Below, piece by piece: positions 10,143-20,025 of a DNA stretch of 64,000 bases. Position numbers and translations under genes: made by a program. The notes under the pieces were generated by a model, which saw only the letters and a program-made list of their open reading frames with translations, made no database searches and was not told where the DNA came from. How positions within the stretch are numbered: position 1 is the first letter of the stretch; the number at the start of each line of letters is the position of its first letter. The stretch comes from Naegleria gruberi (taxonomy: Eukaryota), in assembly GCA_000004985.1 (NCBI GenBank), contig GG738852.1; one strand, 5' to 3'.

Positions 10143-12404
10143 TCACAGATTATTATTTGCCCAAAATTCCTCTAAATCCTTTAGCCTTTGTAATTCTCCT
10201 TGTGGTAACGATTGATGAGATTCAACAGACCCAATCCTAAATACCTTTTCAATAAAAGTTCTATCAGATGCATATTGATAAAACTCTAACCATTTTTCAT
10301 TTTCTTGTAAAAGAGCTAATTGCTTATCACCAATAATTTGACCAAACACTGTCAGATATCCTGAAATGGCTAGACTAAATCTTTGTTCTCTTTGAAGTTG
10401 TTGATTCAAGTCGTGTGCTTTCAGAATTTTATCTACAATATTGTACTTTGTAAAGAGTGCCTCGAAGAATGGTTCAATATTTTGTTCTAAAATATCTAGT
10501 AAGAGTCTTGTTATCATTTGATGTAATAAACTGCTTTGATATTGGAACAATAATCTTATTAATTCTTCCAAAATGTCACAATTTAAAATAATCTGTGATA
10601 AACTTCTCTCATTCGTAGAATAAATATTATCTAAACTTTCTAAATGTTTAAAAAGAATAACAAAAAGTTCAATAATTTTCAATCTGTAAATACCCAAAGG
10701 AGGGAATGAAATTAATGGATTAAAATTAAGACATTCAATAGCTCTATCTACACTTAGTAATTGACCTCTCTTTTTATCAATTAACATTGATTGAAGAGGA
10801 TGATACTGTTCTACATAGATTATTGTTGGATCTTTCTTTAAAATTTCTCTAGCACTTTCATCATTGAGTAATTTAACAAAAACTTGAATCTTTTCAATAA
10901 CCAATATCAAAACCATCTTCCAATCAATATTTGATATTGAATCTTCCAAAATGAATAAACGTTGTGAATTATTAGAAATGTATAAAATCAAATTCATAAT
11001 AAAATTCATATTATCTACAAAACTTGGTGAATTTGATGTAATTTTTAAAGTATTCTCTATAATTAACTCCATTTGTTTTCTATTTAAAATATATTGTACA
11101 ATTGTTGGTGGTTTTTTAGTTGTTGGTTTTCTATATTGAATTATTGTTGTTAATATAAATGTTACGCTTCTACTATAATTTTGTTCACATTGTAATGAAC
11201 ATAATTGTTGAATTATCATTTGTTTCAATTTTAGAACTTGATTATTCTTGTGAATTTGACTTTCATCAGTTTGATTTAAAATTTGTAAAAATGAATCTTG
11301 AATTATATTTCCAGATGGAATTATTGAGAATGAATTTTCAATTTCTTCATCTTCATATAATAAACACATTAATAACAATTCACTAATCTCATCAGATGAA
11401 TCAATATGTTTTAACATTTGCAATATATGACTCGATGCTACCATTGTTGTTGTTGTTGATCCAACAGCAGTACTGCCACCACTACTACCATTCACAGTAG
11501 CAGTAGCACTACTACTAGTACCACTGCTAGTACCATTGGTGCTGCTATTGTTACTACTACTATTACTACTGCTGTTACTACTAGTACTAGTACCATTAGA
11601 TGATGAAATAGAAGTAGTACTTGTTGTAAAAGTTAATGATGATAATGAATTTTCTTGATAAATATAATCCATAACTAGATGTGTTAGATGAGGTATTTTC
11701 ATCATTGCAATGATAACTCTAACAAAACATTTAACTTGAAATGAATTGAGAGGTTTAGTTTGATAAATGAATGAAAATAATTTTCTCCTAATAACTTCAC
11801 CATTTAAATTACTTTTAAAAGTTGAACGAGGAGAAGTTGAATGGTTGGATGTCAAGTCATTATTAGAATTACTTTTTAATTGATTATTGTTGTTATTATT
11901 ATTATTATTACTAGTTGCACTACTTAAAGGTGAAGTTGAATTATTTAAATTATTATTAGATGATTGTAAATTATTATTTATCATGATTAAAGGTAATATA
12001 TGATATTGTCCAATAGTTGATATTAAAATTTCCGTCGCAATAAAAGGATATTTAAAATTCAATTTTTGTAACAAGTAATCCCTTTGATCTCCAATTAATG
12101 ATTGATTATTTGATATTTGATTTTCCAATCCATTTGTTGTTTGAGATGATTCACTTATCGTATCAACTTGTTCACCTCTCAAATATTCTTCTTTCTGTTT
12201 TTCGTACAGCAATAATTCATCATCAGTAGCAGTTGTAGAAGAAGAAGAAGAAGAAACACCTCCAATTCCCATTGGTATCGAAGATGATGATTCTTGTAAT
12301 TGATTTAATTTATATTCCAAATAGGCTGGTATTTCATCATGAAATGTTATAACATAATCTATTAATTTAGATATAATCTCTTCTTGTGTCAAACTATTCA
12401 TCAT
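10143..12404 (-). CDS. SAPS-domain protein (SIT4/PP6 phosphatase regulatory subunit-like), 753 aa, with a long Ser/Thr/Asn low-complexity insert
   Basis: Starts with two ATGs (12404-12399). N-terminal region includes KLNFKYPFIATEILISTIGQ, matching the conserved SAPS motif (human PPP6R: RYKYPSVACEILTSDVPQI). The remainder has the helical-repeat character of PP6R/Sap proteins. I saw no introns. Confidence 0.7.
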   Translation of the reverse strand: MMNSLTQEEIISKLIDYVITFHDEIPAYLEYKLNQLQESSSSIPMGIGGVSSSSSSTTATDDELLLYEKQKEEYLRGEQVDTISESSQTTNGLENQISNNQSLIGDQRDYLLQKLNFKYPFIATEILISTIGQYHILPLIMINNNLQSSNNNLNNSTSPLSSATSNNNNNNNNNQLKSNSNNDLTSNHSTSPRSTFKSNLNGEVIRRKLFSFIYQTKPLNSFQVKCFVRVIIAMMKIPHLTHLVMDYIYQENSLSSLTFTTSTTSISSSNGTSTSSNSSSNSSSNNSSTNGTSSGTSSSATATVNGSSGGSTAVGSTTTTMVASSHILQMLKHIDSSDEISELLLMCLLYEDEEIENSFSIIPSGNIIQDSFLQILNQTDESQIHKNNQVLKLKQMIIQQLCSLQCEQNYSRSVTFILTTIIQYRKPTTKKPPTIVQYILNRKQMELIIENTLKITSNSPSFVDNMNFIMNLILYISNNSQRLFILEDSISNIDWKMVLILVIEKIQVFVKLLNDESAREILKKDPTIIYVEQYHPLQSMLIDKKRGQLLSVDRAIECLNFNPLISFPPLGIYRLKIIELFVILFKHLESLDNIYSTNERSLSQIILNCDILEELIRLLFQYQSSLLHQMITRLLLDILEQNIEPFFEALFTKYNIVDKILKAHDLNQQLQREQRFSLAISGYLTVFGQIIGDKQLALLQENEKWLEFYQYASDRTFIEKVFRIGSVESHQSLPQGELQRLKDLEEFWANNNL
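11455..11960. repeat. Coding low-complexity tract (poly-Ser/Thr/Asn; AGT/ACT/AAT-rich trinucleotide repeats) inside the SAPS gene
   Basis: On the coding strand it translates to SSSNGTSTSSNSSSNSSSNNSSTNGTSSGTSSS and NNNNNNNNNQLKSNSNN. Nucleotide-level imperfect trinucleotide repeats. Confidence 0.6.
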
Positions 12405-12503
12405 TTAAATGTTTTTGTAATGTTATTAAATATATTACATTAAATATATTGTTATTGTTGTATAAAAAATTCAAAGTTTAGGCTTGTTTTAAAAAACAAC
12501 AAC

Positions 12504-12818
12504 CTACAATTCAATTAAATTCAAATCTTCAGCCTCCCTACACATCACCTCAATTCCCTCCAAATCAAAAACATCTTCCAAATTTAATTTTGCATAGTCG
12601 ATGGAATTTCCACCATTGGAATTTGAAGAGTCCTGCGATTCATCATCAGCGCCACCGCCATTATCGTAAATTTTTTTAGAAATTATGGAGGGAGAATTTG
12701 TTCGGTTGGGTTTGTTTTTTGATGATGAAGAAGAGGTGGAAATGTTGGATGGTGTGATGGTATCATCTCCTTCTTCATTCCTTCGCACACTTTTGAATAG
12801 TTTGGACCAAAAGCGCAT
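12504..12818 (-). CDS. Small Ser-rich ORF (104 aa) immediately upstream of the SAPS gene; possibly a separate small gene or non-coding
   Basis: ORF MRFWSKLFKS...; no canonical GT..AG intron connects it in frame to the SAPS ATG at 12404. Low-complexity S/N-rich. Confidence 0.2.
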   Translation of the reverse strand: MRFWSKLFKSVRRNEEGDDTITPSNISTSSSSSKNKPNRTNSPSIISKKIYDNGGGADDESQDSSNSNGGNSIDYAKLNLEDVFDLEGIEVMCREAEDLNLIEL

Positions 12819-13192
12819 TTTTTTTTAAATTGTTTGACAAGTGAAAGGGCAAATCAGTGATGGTGAAAATGTTTGGAAATGATGGATTTCAACACGTTTT
12901 TTTTTATGATAATAACTTTGTGTGGCTGTGTGCAGTTAGTGTTGTACTTGACTGGACTTTCCATTGGAAGGTATTGATGACATATTTCAAGTTTCGAATA
13001 ATAATTAAAAACTAAAGTAACTGTAGTATGTGGACCGAATAATGAGCTGTGATTCGTTGACAATAAGATGGCCCCAAAATAGTCAAATTAACTGTTTGAA
13101 AAAACACTTCTTTTTTGGTTTGGTTAAATTAAACTTCAATTCTTTTTTCTTCTCTTATTCGACATGAAACTAGTTTGTTAAAAAAGAAATAT

Positions 13193-14595
13193 CTAAACAA
13201 TAATATTATCAATACAAGTAGTGGTGAGAGGTGAAATTATCAAATTCAAATCATAGACAAACACTTGACCATCCAAACATTGAATAAATATTCTATCCAA
13301 TACCTCATCATAGGTTGTTCCAATGATACATTGATTTTGTGTTTGAGCAGATGGCAGACAAGTAATTGGTATGAGTGAATAGCAATGTTCATTTAGAGGT
13401 GGTGGTGCTATGATTGTTGATGAATTTTCACTTGTTGAGTTCACTTCTGTTTTCACTTCTCCTGAATGAATTGAGTGAACCAATCTGAATAGTATAACCT
13501 TATTATCATTCTGTTTAGCAATGAGTACAAGATTATATTTTGGAATGACTCTACAAACTGAAACTCTATCCAATGATTCATAAATATATTGAGGTATGTG
13601 TGAGAGACCTCTGAATGGTTTGTAAAATATTTTAAATAGAACTGTATCGAGAGTATCATTAAGCAAATAAATATAATTCTGTGTTCCAATAATGAAAATA
13701 TCAGAGCATGTTTCACTTGTTTTTTGAATGTGTTCATTGGAGCTCATTTCAAAGCTAGTTGAATCGGATGTAGAAGTAGTAGTTGAAGTATTAGTAGTAG
13801 AAGTAGATTTGATGGAATTAAATGTTTTGCATTGACATGTTCTCCCATCCAACACCATTCATCAAAATCATGTGAATATAAAATCTTTCTCTCCTCAACA
13901 TCCCAAACTTTACAACTCTGATCAATACTACATGATAACAATCTACTTGTAGAATATAAATTCAAATGAGGTAAATTATGTTTGTGTCCAATTAATGTAA
14001 ATGGTTCTTTTTGATCAAAATTAGGTAAATGAATCTTAATCACATGAGAATTATCACCCAAAACCCAAACACCCCCAAAATAAGAAATTGACCATGTTGA
14101 TTCATTTCTATTTTGATATAAATTAATTAATTTTAATCCCAATTTCTCCAATCTTACCAAACTATTCGAAGAATTAGACTGTTCTGTTATTAAATTTCCT
14201 TCACTCTCTTCAATAATTGAAGTTTTAATTAACATTCTTGTCATTCCCTTCTCTCCAACAATGAAAATCTTATCATGATCCGATTTAGTCATGTAATTAA
14301 TTTCCGATTCCAATTTATGAGTCATTAAATGTTTATATGATACATTCTCCCTAGCTGAATTAATATTTCCAACTTGTATTTGATAGATTATTAAATGTTT
14401 TTTACAACCAACAATCAAGTAGGGATAAAAGGCTTCGACACAATTTAATTTATATAAATTTAATTCATAATCAGAGGTTGTTAAATCAGTCATTAATCTA
14501 ACAGTGGTCGTATCAAATGATGGTAATGCCATCCTCCCATTCAATAATGATGAGGAATTAAGCCCATTATGATGCTGATGAGGTTGTGTGGACAT
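13193..14595 (-). CDS. WD40/beta-propeller-like protein, probably two exons (14595..13856 and 13754..13193) joined across a 101-nt intron (13855..13755)
   Basis: Two long overlapping ORFs in different frames. Donor GATGAATG|GTGTTG and acceptor CAACTAG|CTTTGAAATG restore the frame (..DFDEC FEMSSNEHIQ..). A WD-like motif SCSIDQSCKVWDVEERK is present. Alternatively the Thr/Ser-rich tract (TSTTNTSTTTSTS) is coding and the frame change is a sequencing frameshift. Confidence 0.5.
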
Positions 14596-14833
14596 TTTTC
14601 AATTTTTTCAATTTTTAAAAAAAAAATAAATAAAAAATATTCGTGATGATGATCGGAATGGAAAATGATGAATTGGTTGTTGTGATTCAAAATAGATAAA
14701 GTTCAATTCTAGTTCAAAAATTTGGATCTAACTTAATAAAAGAACAATCATAATGAACTGTCTTTGCAATTTGAAAAAACATTTTTCCTTTAGACTGCTG
14801 TCAACAATCAACTTGTCAAAAAAAAATATCAAA
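14596..14833. promoter_or_regulatory. Putative bidirectional promoter/5'-UTR region between the divergent WD gene (minus) and PH gene (plus)
   Basis: 238-bp AT-rich spacer with an A-tract (aaaaaaaaataaataaaaaatat) between two divergently oriented start codons. Inferred from position only. Confidence 0.25.
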
Positions 14834-16597
14834 ATGCCTTCTGTTAAATTTCTTCTCGATCACCCAAAGTTTAGAAAAAGTGGATGGTTATACAAACAAG
14901 GAGGATCCTATCGTTCAGTTAAAAAACGTTTTGTTGTCCTCCTAGCCAATGAATTATTTTACTTTACAAAAGAAGATGATGAAGAACATAAAGGAAGTAT
15001 TGTAATCAGAGGACCTGTTAATAGAAGTTCTCTTTCTGTTGAAGTTAAAGGTTTAAATTTAAAGAATTGTATTGAAATTCCATCAGATAAAAGAACTTAC
15101 TTAATTTGGACTGATTCAGAATATTTAGCAGGAGAATGGACAGATGCATTAAATAATGCTTATAAGGAATTTTCATTAGGTCAATCATCTCATTCATCTA
15201 ATCATCATCATCATCAGGTAGCAGATGATTTATCAGATGGAGGTGATGAATTTTCTGAAGATAATGCTCCATCATTTGATGAAAATAATTCCACTACTAA
15301 AATATCAAGTAAGCAAATGATTGAAAGGAGTATTGATAAGAAGGATAAATTTGAGAATACTAATTATACATTTGAGAATAATTGTTGCGTTCATCCAACT
15401 TTAATTTCAAATATTCACATTGTTGAACCGTTACAAACTTTGAATAGTTCAAATGCATCCATTTCAAGCATTTCTAAATATTTGGTTACTAAAAAGAGAC
15501 AATTTGGAAACAAACTAACACTTGAAAATGCACTAGCACTTTCTAAAACTGGTGATTCTATTGTTTTAAGACCAGGTAAACATTACATTCCATCAACCTT
15601 AATTGTCAATCAATCAATTTATTTAATTGGAGAATCAGACAAACAAAACAAGTGTGAAGTGATCATTTTACAAGATTCCTCAACAACAAGTCAATATTTA
15701 CCATGTATTTGTTTCAATGCTCCATTTACCTATTGTAAAAATATTGATTTTGTTCACTTTTCAGATTTGAATGTGAATAATAATCTCATTAATAATTCTA
15801 CAGATATTTCTGCAACAAGTGCTGGAGTTTCACAATCCAATATTGCAAAAGGTAGAATTGAAGCTTCAGATAGTATTCTCTCGCCAAATGTATGTCAATT
15901 TCTAACTGGTCAGACAGTCATGTTAAATTGTACCTTCCAAGTGATGAGTGTCAGAGATAATGATAATGGTAATGTAGATCCAAATTCTCTATTCGATTGT
16001 TGTTGGGTCACTGGTTCAAAGACATGTGTACAATTTAGGAAGTGTAATTTTTTGGGAGGGAAGAATGGACTCGTCGGTTCTATTAATTCCAATATTTTAG
16101 TGGAAAATAATTGTCAATTTAAAGATCAATTGAATCATTCTATTACTCTATCTCAACATTCTAAATTGGAATGTAAAAATAGTAATTCAATTTATGGAAA
16201 TATTTGTTTACTACATCAATCAAGTGCTGAAATATCCTCAAGTCATATTTATTCTCAATCCATAACTATTCTTGATGATTCATCTTTAAATATGCATCAT
16301 AATACTTTATATTTACAAAATTTGAAATTTATTACATTTAATCATCAACAACAAACACAAAAGAACAAATTAATTCATAATACTTTCAAGATTGAATCTT
16401 CTAATATAGATGCACCATGTAAAATATCAATGTTAAATAATTCATGTCCAATTATTGATGATAATCAATTTGAAACAAAATGTAATGATTTATCTCTTAT
16501 TTACATTTTCCAAAATAAGAATAATATGAAAAATATGTTGATGAATACTTCAACTAGTAATACATCTATTCTGGTAGTCTCTGACTATTTGAATTAA
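14834..16597 (+). CDS. PH-domain protein with a C-terminal region resembling parallel beta-helix repeats (587 aa from first ATG)
   Basis: The ORF track starts upstream at 14753, but the first strong ATG is at 14834 (MPSVKFLLDHPKFRKSGWLYKQGG..KRFVVL..LFYF = PH-domain signature). Downstream there are repeated ~22-aa segments rich in N/I/S, typical of a beta-helix. Confidence 0.6.
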   Translation: MPSVKFLLDHPKFRKSGWLYKQGGSYRSVKKRFVVLLANELFYFTKEDDEEHKGSIVIRGPVNRSSLSVEVKGLNLKNCIEIPSDKRTYLIWTDSEYLAGEWTDALNNAYKEFSLGQSSHSSNHHHHQVADDLSDGGDEFSEDNAPSFDENNSTTKISSKQMIERSIDKKDKFENTNYTFENNCCVHPTLISNIHIVEPLQTLNSSNASISSISKYLVTKKRQFGNKLTLENALALSKTGDSIVLRPGKHYIPSTLIVNQSIYLIGESDKQNKCEVIILQDSSTTSQYLPCICFNAPFTYCKNIDFVHFSDLNVNNNLINNSTDISATSAGVSQSNIAKGRIEASDSILSPNVCQFLTGQTVMLNCTFQVMSVRDNDNGNVDPNSLFDCCWVTGSKTCVQFRKCNFLGGKNGLVGSINSNILVENNCQFKDQLNHSITLSQHSKLECKNSNSIYGNICLLHQSSAEISSSHIYSQSITILDDSSLNMHHNTLYLQNLKFITFNHQQQTQKNKLIHNTFKIESSNIDAPCKISMLNNSCPIIDDNQFETKCNDLSLIYIFQNKNNMKNMLMNTSTSNTSILVVSDYLN

Positions 16598-17057
16598 ACA
16601 TGGCAAATACTGATCCAATTACTGGAATGTTACTTAAATATGAAATAATAGTTGGAATAAAATTAAAGAATAAAACATAATATCCATATAATTCAAATAA
16701 CGTTCCAATAATGGCATGACCATAAATTACAATTAAAAAACCAATAAAGAAACAAATAGTTCCTTTCAATCTGTTTTTAGATAATATAAAAGAATTAATA
16801 CTAGGTCTAATTCCTATCAATAGTACAATTCCAAATACAAAGGAGATATTTCCAATAGCAATAAAGCCTCTATCAAAGAATAACAAAACTCCCAAAAGAT
16901 TTGCCAAAACACCAATTAATACCAATCCGATACCAATTTTCTGAAAATCAGATAAATTAAATGGATTGATCGAAGTTGTAGTATCGCTATTATAGCTTGA
17001 GCGATTGTTATTATTGTTACCGTTACCACTGTATGAACGGAATGATGAAGAGAACAT
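16566..17057 (-). CDS. GOT1: Got1/GOLT1-family Golgi transport protein (163 aa, 4 TM)
   Basis: FFDRGFIAIGNISFVFGIVLLIG...RLKGTICFFIGFLIVIYGHAIIGTLFELYGYYVLFFNFIPTIISYLSNIPVIG aligns with the yeast Got1 core (FFDRALLALGNILFLIG...KRRGSICFLIGFLVVLL...FGFLNLFKSFFPVVVNFLRSIPFIG). ATG at 17057. The 3' end overlaps the PH gene 3' end by 32 bp. Confidence 0.8.
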   Translation of the reverse strand: MFSSSFRSYSGNGNNNNNRSSYNSDTTTSINPFNLSDFQKIGIGLVLIGVLANLLGVLLFFDRGFIAIGNISFVFGIVLLIGIRPSINSFILSKNRLKGTICFFIGFLIVIYGHAIIGTLFELYGYYVLFFNFIPTIISYLSNIPVIGSVFAMFNSNSQRLPE

Positions 17058-17291
17058 TTTTTTAAAATATTTAATAAAAATTTAAAAAAATTAATGAAAA
17101 CACTGTTTGACGCACAATTGCCACGATTTTATCAGCAATTGTATCAGGTTCTGGATGATGTAATATTCACCTTGTAAATAGAACAAGGTGATTTTTTTGT
17201 TGATCGCCCGTGTTCTTTGTTCGTAGGACCGTGGGTATGTTAAAATTTTCATAGTAGATGTCTGTAGATCAGTAAGTTGTTCTCTATGTAA

Positions 17292-17363
17292 GGGACCATG
17301 GTCTAGTGGTATGATTCTCGCTTTGGGTGCGAGAGGCCGTGGGTTCGATTCCCACTGGTCCCC
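17292..17363 (+). tRNA. tRNA-Pro (anticodon TGG), 72 nt
   Basis: GGGACCATGGTCTAGTGGTATGATTCTCGCTTTGGGTGCGAGAGGCCGTGGGTTCGATTCCCACTGGTCCCC. 7-bp acceptor stem GGGACCA/TGGTCCC; D-loop AGTGGTA; anticodon stem CTCGC/GCGAG with loop TTTGGGT (anticodon TGG); T-arm GTGGG-TTCGATT-CCCAC; discriminator C. Confidence 0.85.
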
Positions 17364-17373
17364 TTTCCTTTTA
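17364..17373 (+). terminator. Putative RNA polymerase III terminator T-tract (TTTCCTTTTA) directly after tRNA-Pro
   Basis: T-rich run immediately 3' of the tRNA discriminator base. Confidence 0.35.
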
Positions 17374-17914
17374 TATCTTTGCCAACTTAATATTTATTTT
17401 GACCTCGATAAACATAAAATTATGAAGAAGATGAAAGAAACCCTAAGTCAAATTATACTCAGAGAATCAACATTGAAACCTCCTCCATAATGCAATCAGG
17501 AGGAAGCAGTGGTTAATCTCTATCAAGAAACATTATTGTAAGCACGAGATATTTTACACAGAACCTTATTTACAGTTAATTTTTCAACGAGTGGCTTTCA
17601 TTGTTCCAATCTTTCTTTTAAAGTTCCTTAATCATCTTCATCACTGCCTCACACACCTAGCAAGCAATCAACTCATTTTGCTATCAAAGCCTGCTTCAGA
17701 TGAGCAAAGGAACTTGTCCCCCTCAAATAGAAACACGATGTCGTTGTTGAACAAGTGCGTCAAGTAAATTCAGTGTTGCGGGTTTTCAAGATTTCTTTTT
17801 AAAAAAATTGCTCCAACTCTCGCAGAAGCATCATTGTAAATTAAAAGGGTGTTGTTTTTTGTATTGACCGAATAATTATCATCATAGTAATAATACAACA
17901 CACATATAACAAAG

Positions 17915-19981
17915 ATGATTAGATATTTTAAAGTAGTTTTGAGTGATTTTAAATGTACTGGATTACCTCCTGCAGATAGAAATGGTCTGTCAGACCCATA
18001 TATCAAGGGTAACTTTGATAACTTTCGTACTTTTAAATCACCAACAAAGAAAAAGACATTGAATCCGCAGTGGGACGGTTTTACAGTTGAATTTGACTAT
18101 CACACAAAATACGGATCTAAACTTCACTTGAAGAAGCTCTTGTTGGATGTTTATGATCACGATGTGCTCGGAAAGGATAACTTTTTGGGTTGTTGTGCCT
18201 TGGATTTATTCTCTCTTGCTTGTGGACCTACAAAACAAATAATTACCCTTCGTTCTCAACTCAATGCTAAGGATAATAACGGTACAATAGAATTTAATTG
18301 TGTGATGGAGGAAGTAACCAAGTCATTCATGATTTGTTTATCGAATGTAAAGGTTAATTTTAATCCTCCTTTGGAAGAACCTAAAAATTTGAGGTGTATT
18401 GTATTAGCAGAGGATATCAATGCTCCAGAGACTAATACATTAACCTGTAGAGCAGTACAATCAGAAGCTGTTTGGTCACAATTTGCCAATTTGGAACTTA
18501 AAAATGTTTCTCTCAAAACCATCTTGGATGACAGAATCATTATTAAGATTAAACAAGAAAAGACTGGTATTGACCCAACTATTGCTCGTATTAATATTGA
18601 TTTGTCAAAGATTTTAGATAAATTTTTGGATGAAAATAGAACCATGTCAGCTGGAGATGGTCTCACTGAAGATATGCTTCCAGTAAAGATTACTGGTCTC
18701 AAAGTTGAATATAAGAATGCAGACAATATGTCATTCAAGAAATCTCCAAAGAAATCAGGTGGATTTGGTCTTAAGAGTTCAACTCAGGAATATGATGATG
18801 AATTGTTAGGAAATCCTAGTAACAGTATCAAGACTGCTTTTGATAGATCTTTAGGTGTTGCTGAATTGGAAATTGGATTTATTGGTATTCCAATGTATGC
18901 CCAAATGGTTAGTGGTTCTGCTAAGGATAAGATTGTAACTGGTACTCCCCTTCTTGAAAACTTGCCAGTGCCTTCTGGTTTTGTTCCATCTGCCAATAGA
19001 GATGAAAAGAGAAAGCTTTCATCTTCTCCAACTAGTACAACTAGTACAGAGAATGGAAGTGGATCAAGAAGAGCTTCAGTTGCTCTCGAACCTCAAACTT
19101 TACCAACAACTGCAGGTCTACCATACGGTTGGGAAAAGAAGGTTGATAAGAGAACAAATAAGGAATACTATGTTGATCACAATACAAGAACTACTCATTG
19201 GCATTTCCCAACCAGTGATTCAAAGTCTCAATTGGATGAAGAAGAACACTCTGAAATGGAAGAAGTTGAAATGTCTATCAAACCAGTCCAACAAGAAAGA
19301 CGTCAATCTGTACAAAGTGGTAATTCTCAAGTTTATCAAATCCCTGTATCCCCAAGCCAAAAGCAAACATATCAAACTGTACCTCAAAATGTAGTACCAC
19401 AAGTAATGCCACAACAAACTTATCCTCAAAACTATCCACAACAATCTCCACAATCACCACAAAACTATCCTCAAAATCAACCATACATTCCTCAAAATGT
19501 TCCACAACAACAAGCTTATCAAACCATGCCTCAAGTCATGCCACAACAACCTTCCTTACCAACAACACCTGGTTTACCATATGGTTGGGAAGAAAGAGTA
19601 GATCCTGGTTCTGGTCGTGCTTATTATTTAAATCATACTACTAAGAGCACTCAATGGGAAAGACCAGGTCAACCAACAGTTAATAATACTCAACAATCTC
19701 TTATTCAAGGTTTCAATAATCTTCGTGTCTCCCCACAAAACCCACAAACCTACCAAACAAATCCACAAGCTTATCAAACAAGTCCACAACAACAACAACA
19801 AGCCTATCCAACCATGTCTCAATATCCGACAAATCCTCAACCACAAACTTACCAAACCATGCCTCAACAGAAACAACCACTTCCAAATGGTTGGGAAGAG
19901 AGAGTTGATCCAAGCTCTGGTCGTTCTTACTATCTTAACCATTTTACAAAGACAACACAATGGGATAGACCAACTTATTAA
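17915..19981 (+). CDS. C2-domain plus three WW-domain protein (NEDD4/Rsp5-like N-terminal architecture without a HECT domain), 688 aa, with Q/P-rich linkers
   Basis: C2 signature: GLSDPYIKGNF...LLLDVYDHDVLGKDNFLGCCALDL. Three WW domains: LPYGWEKKVDKRTNKEYYVDHNTRTTHWHFP, LPYGWEERVDPGSGRAYYLNHTTKSTQWERP, LPNGWEERVDPSSGRSYYLNHFTKTTQWDRP. Stop at 19979-19981 with no room for a HECT exon before the next gene. Confidence 0.8.
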   Translation: MIRYFKVVLSDFKCTGLPPADRNGLSDPYIKGNFDNFRTFKSPTKKKTLNPQWDGFTVEFDYHTKYGSKLHLKKLLLDVYDHDVLGKDNFLGCCALDLFSLACGPTKQIITLRSQLNAKDNNGTIEFNCVMEEVTKSFMICLSNVKVNFNPPLEEPKNLRCIVLAEDINAPETNTLTCRAVQSEAVWSQFANLELKNVSLKTILDDRIIIKIKQEKTGIDPTIARINIDLSKILDKFLDENRTMSAGDGLTEDMLPVKITGLKVEYKNADNMSFKKSPKKSGGFGLKSSTQEYDDELLGNPSNSIKTAFDRSLGVAELEIGFIGIPMYAQMVSGSAKDKIVTGTPLLENLPVPSGFVPSANRDEKRKLSSSPTSTTSTENGSGSRRASVALEPQTLPTTAGLPYGWEKKVDKRTNKEYYVDHNTRTTHWHFPTSDSKSQLDEEEHSEMEEVEMSIKPVQQERRQSVQSGNSQVYQIPVSPSQKQTYQTVPQNVVPQVMPQQTYPQNYPQQSPQSPQNYPQNQPYIPQNVPQQQAYQTMPQVMPQQPSLPTTPGLPYGWEERVDPGSGRAYYLNHTTKSTQWERPGQPTVNNTQQSLIQGFNNLRVSPQNPQTYQTNPQAYQTSPQQQQQAYPTMSQYPTNPQPQTYQTMPQQKQPLPNGWEERVDPSSGRSYYLNHFTKTTQWDRPTY

Positions 19982-20025
19982 ATACCACCAATAAAATCTA
20001 TTGTTAATAATATTATTTGAAGAGT

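Noticed and set aside
10951-11386. Plus-strand ORFs 10951..11139 and 11159..11386 antisense to the SAPS gene
   Set aside because: Short, hydrophobic and AT-codon driven, inside a conserved minus-strand CDS.
12504-12818. Considered as the 5' exon of the SAPS gene, because its MRFW start vaguely resembles PPP6R MFWKF
   Set aside because: No canonical GT...AG intron joins it in frame to the ATG at 12404, and the 753-aa ORF already covers the conserved N-terminal SAPS region.
17220-17290. A second tRNA upstream of tRNA-Pro (GTAGGACCGTGGGTATG...)
   Set aside because: Only a 5'-half-like fragment; no D/anticodon/T arms can be folded. It is described as a remnant inside finding 8.
18256-19994. Multiple overlapping ORFs (18256..18738, 18784..18996, 18954..19394, 19220..19505, 19628..19994) on both strands over the C2-WW gene
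   Set aside because: They are produced by the Q/P-rich repetitive coding sequence and overlap a gene with three intact WW domains. Spurious.
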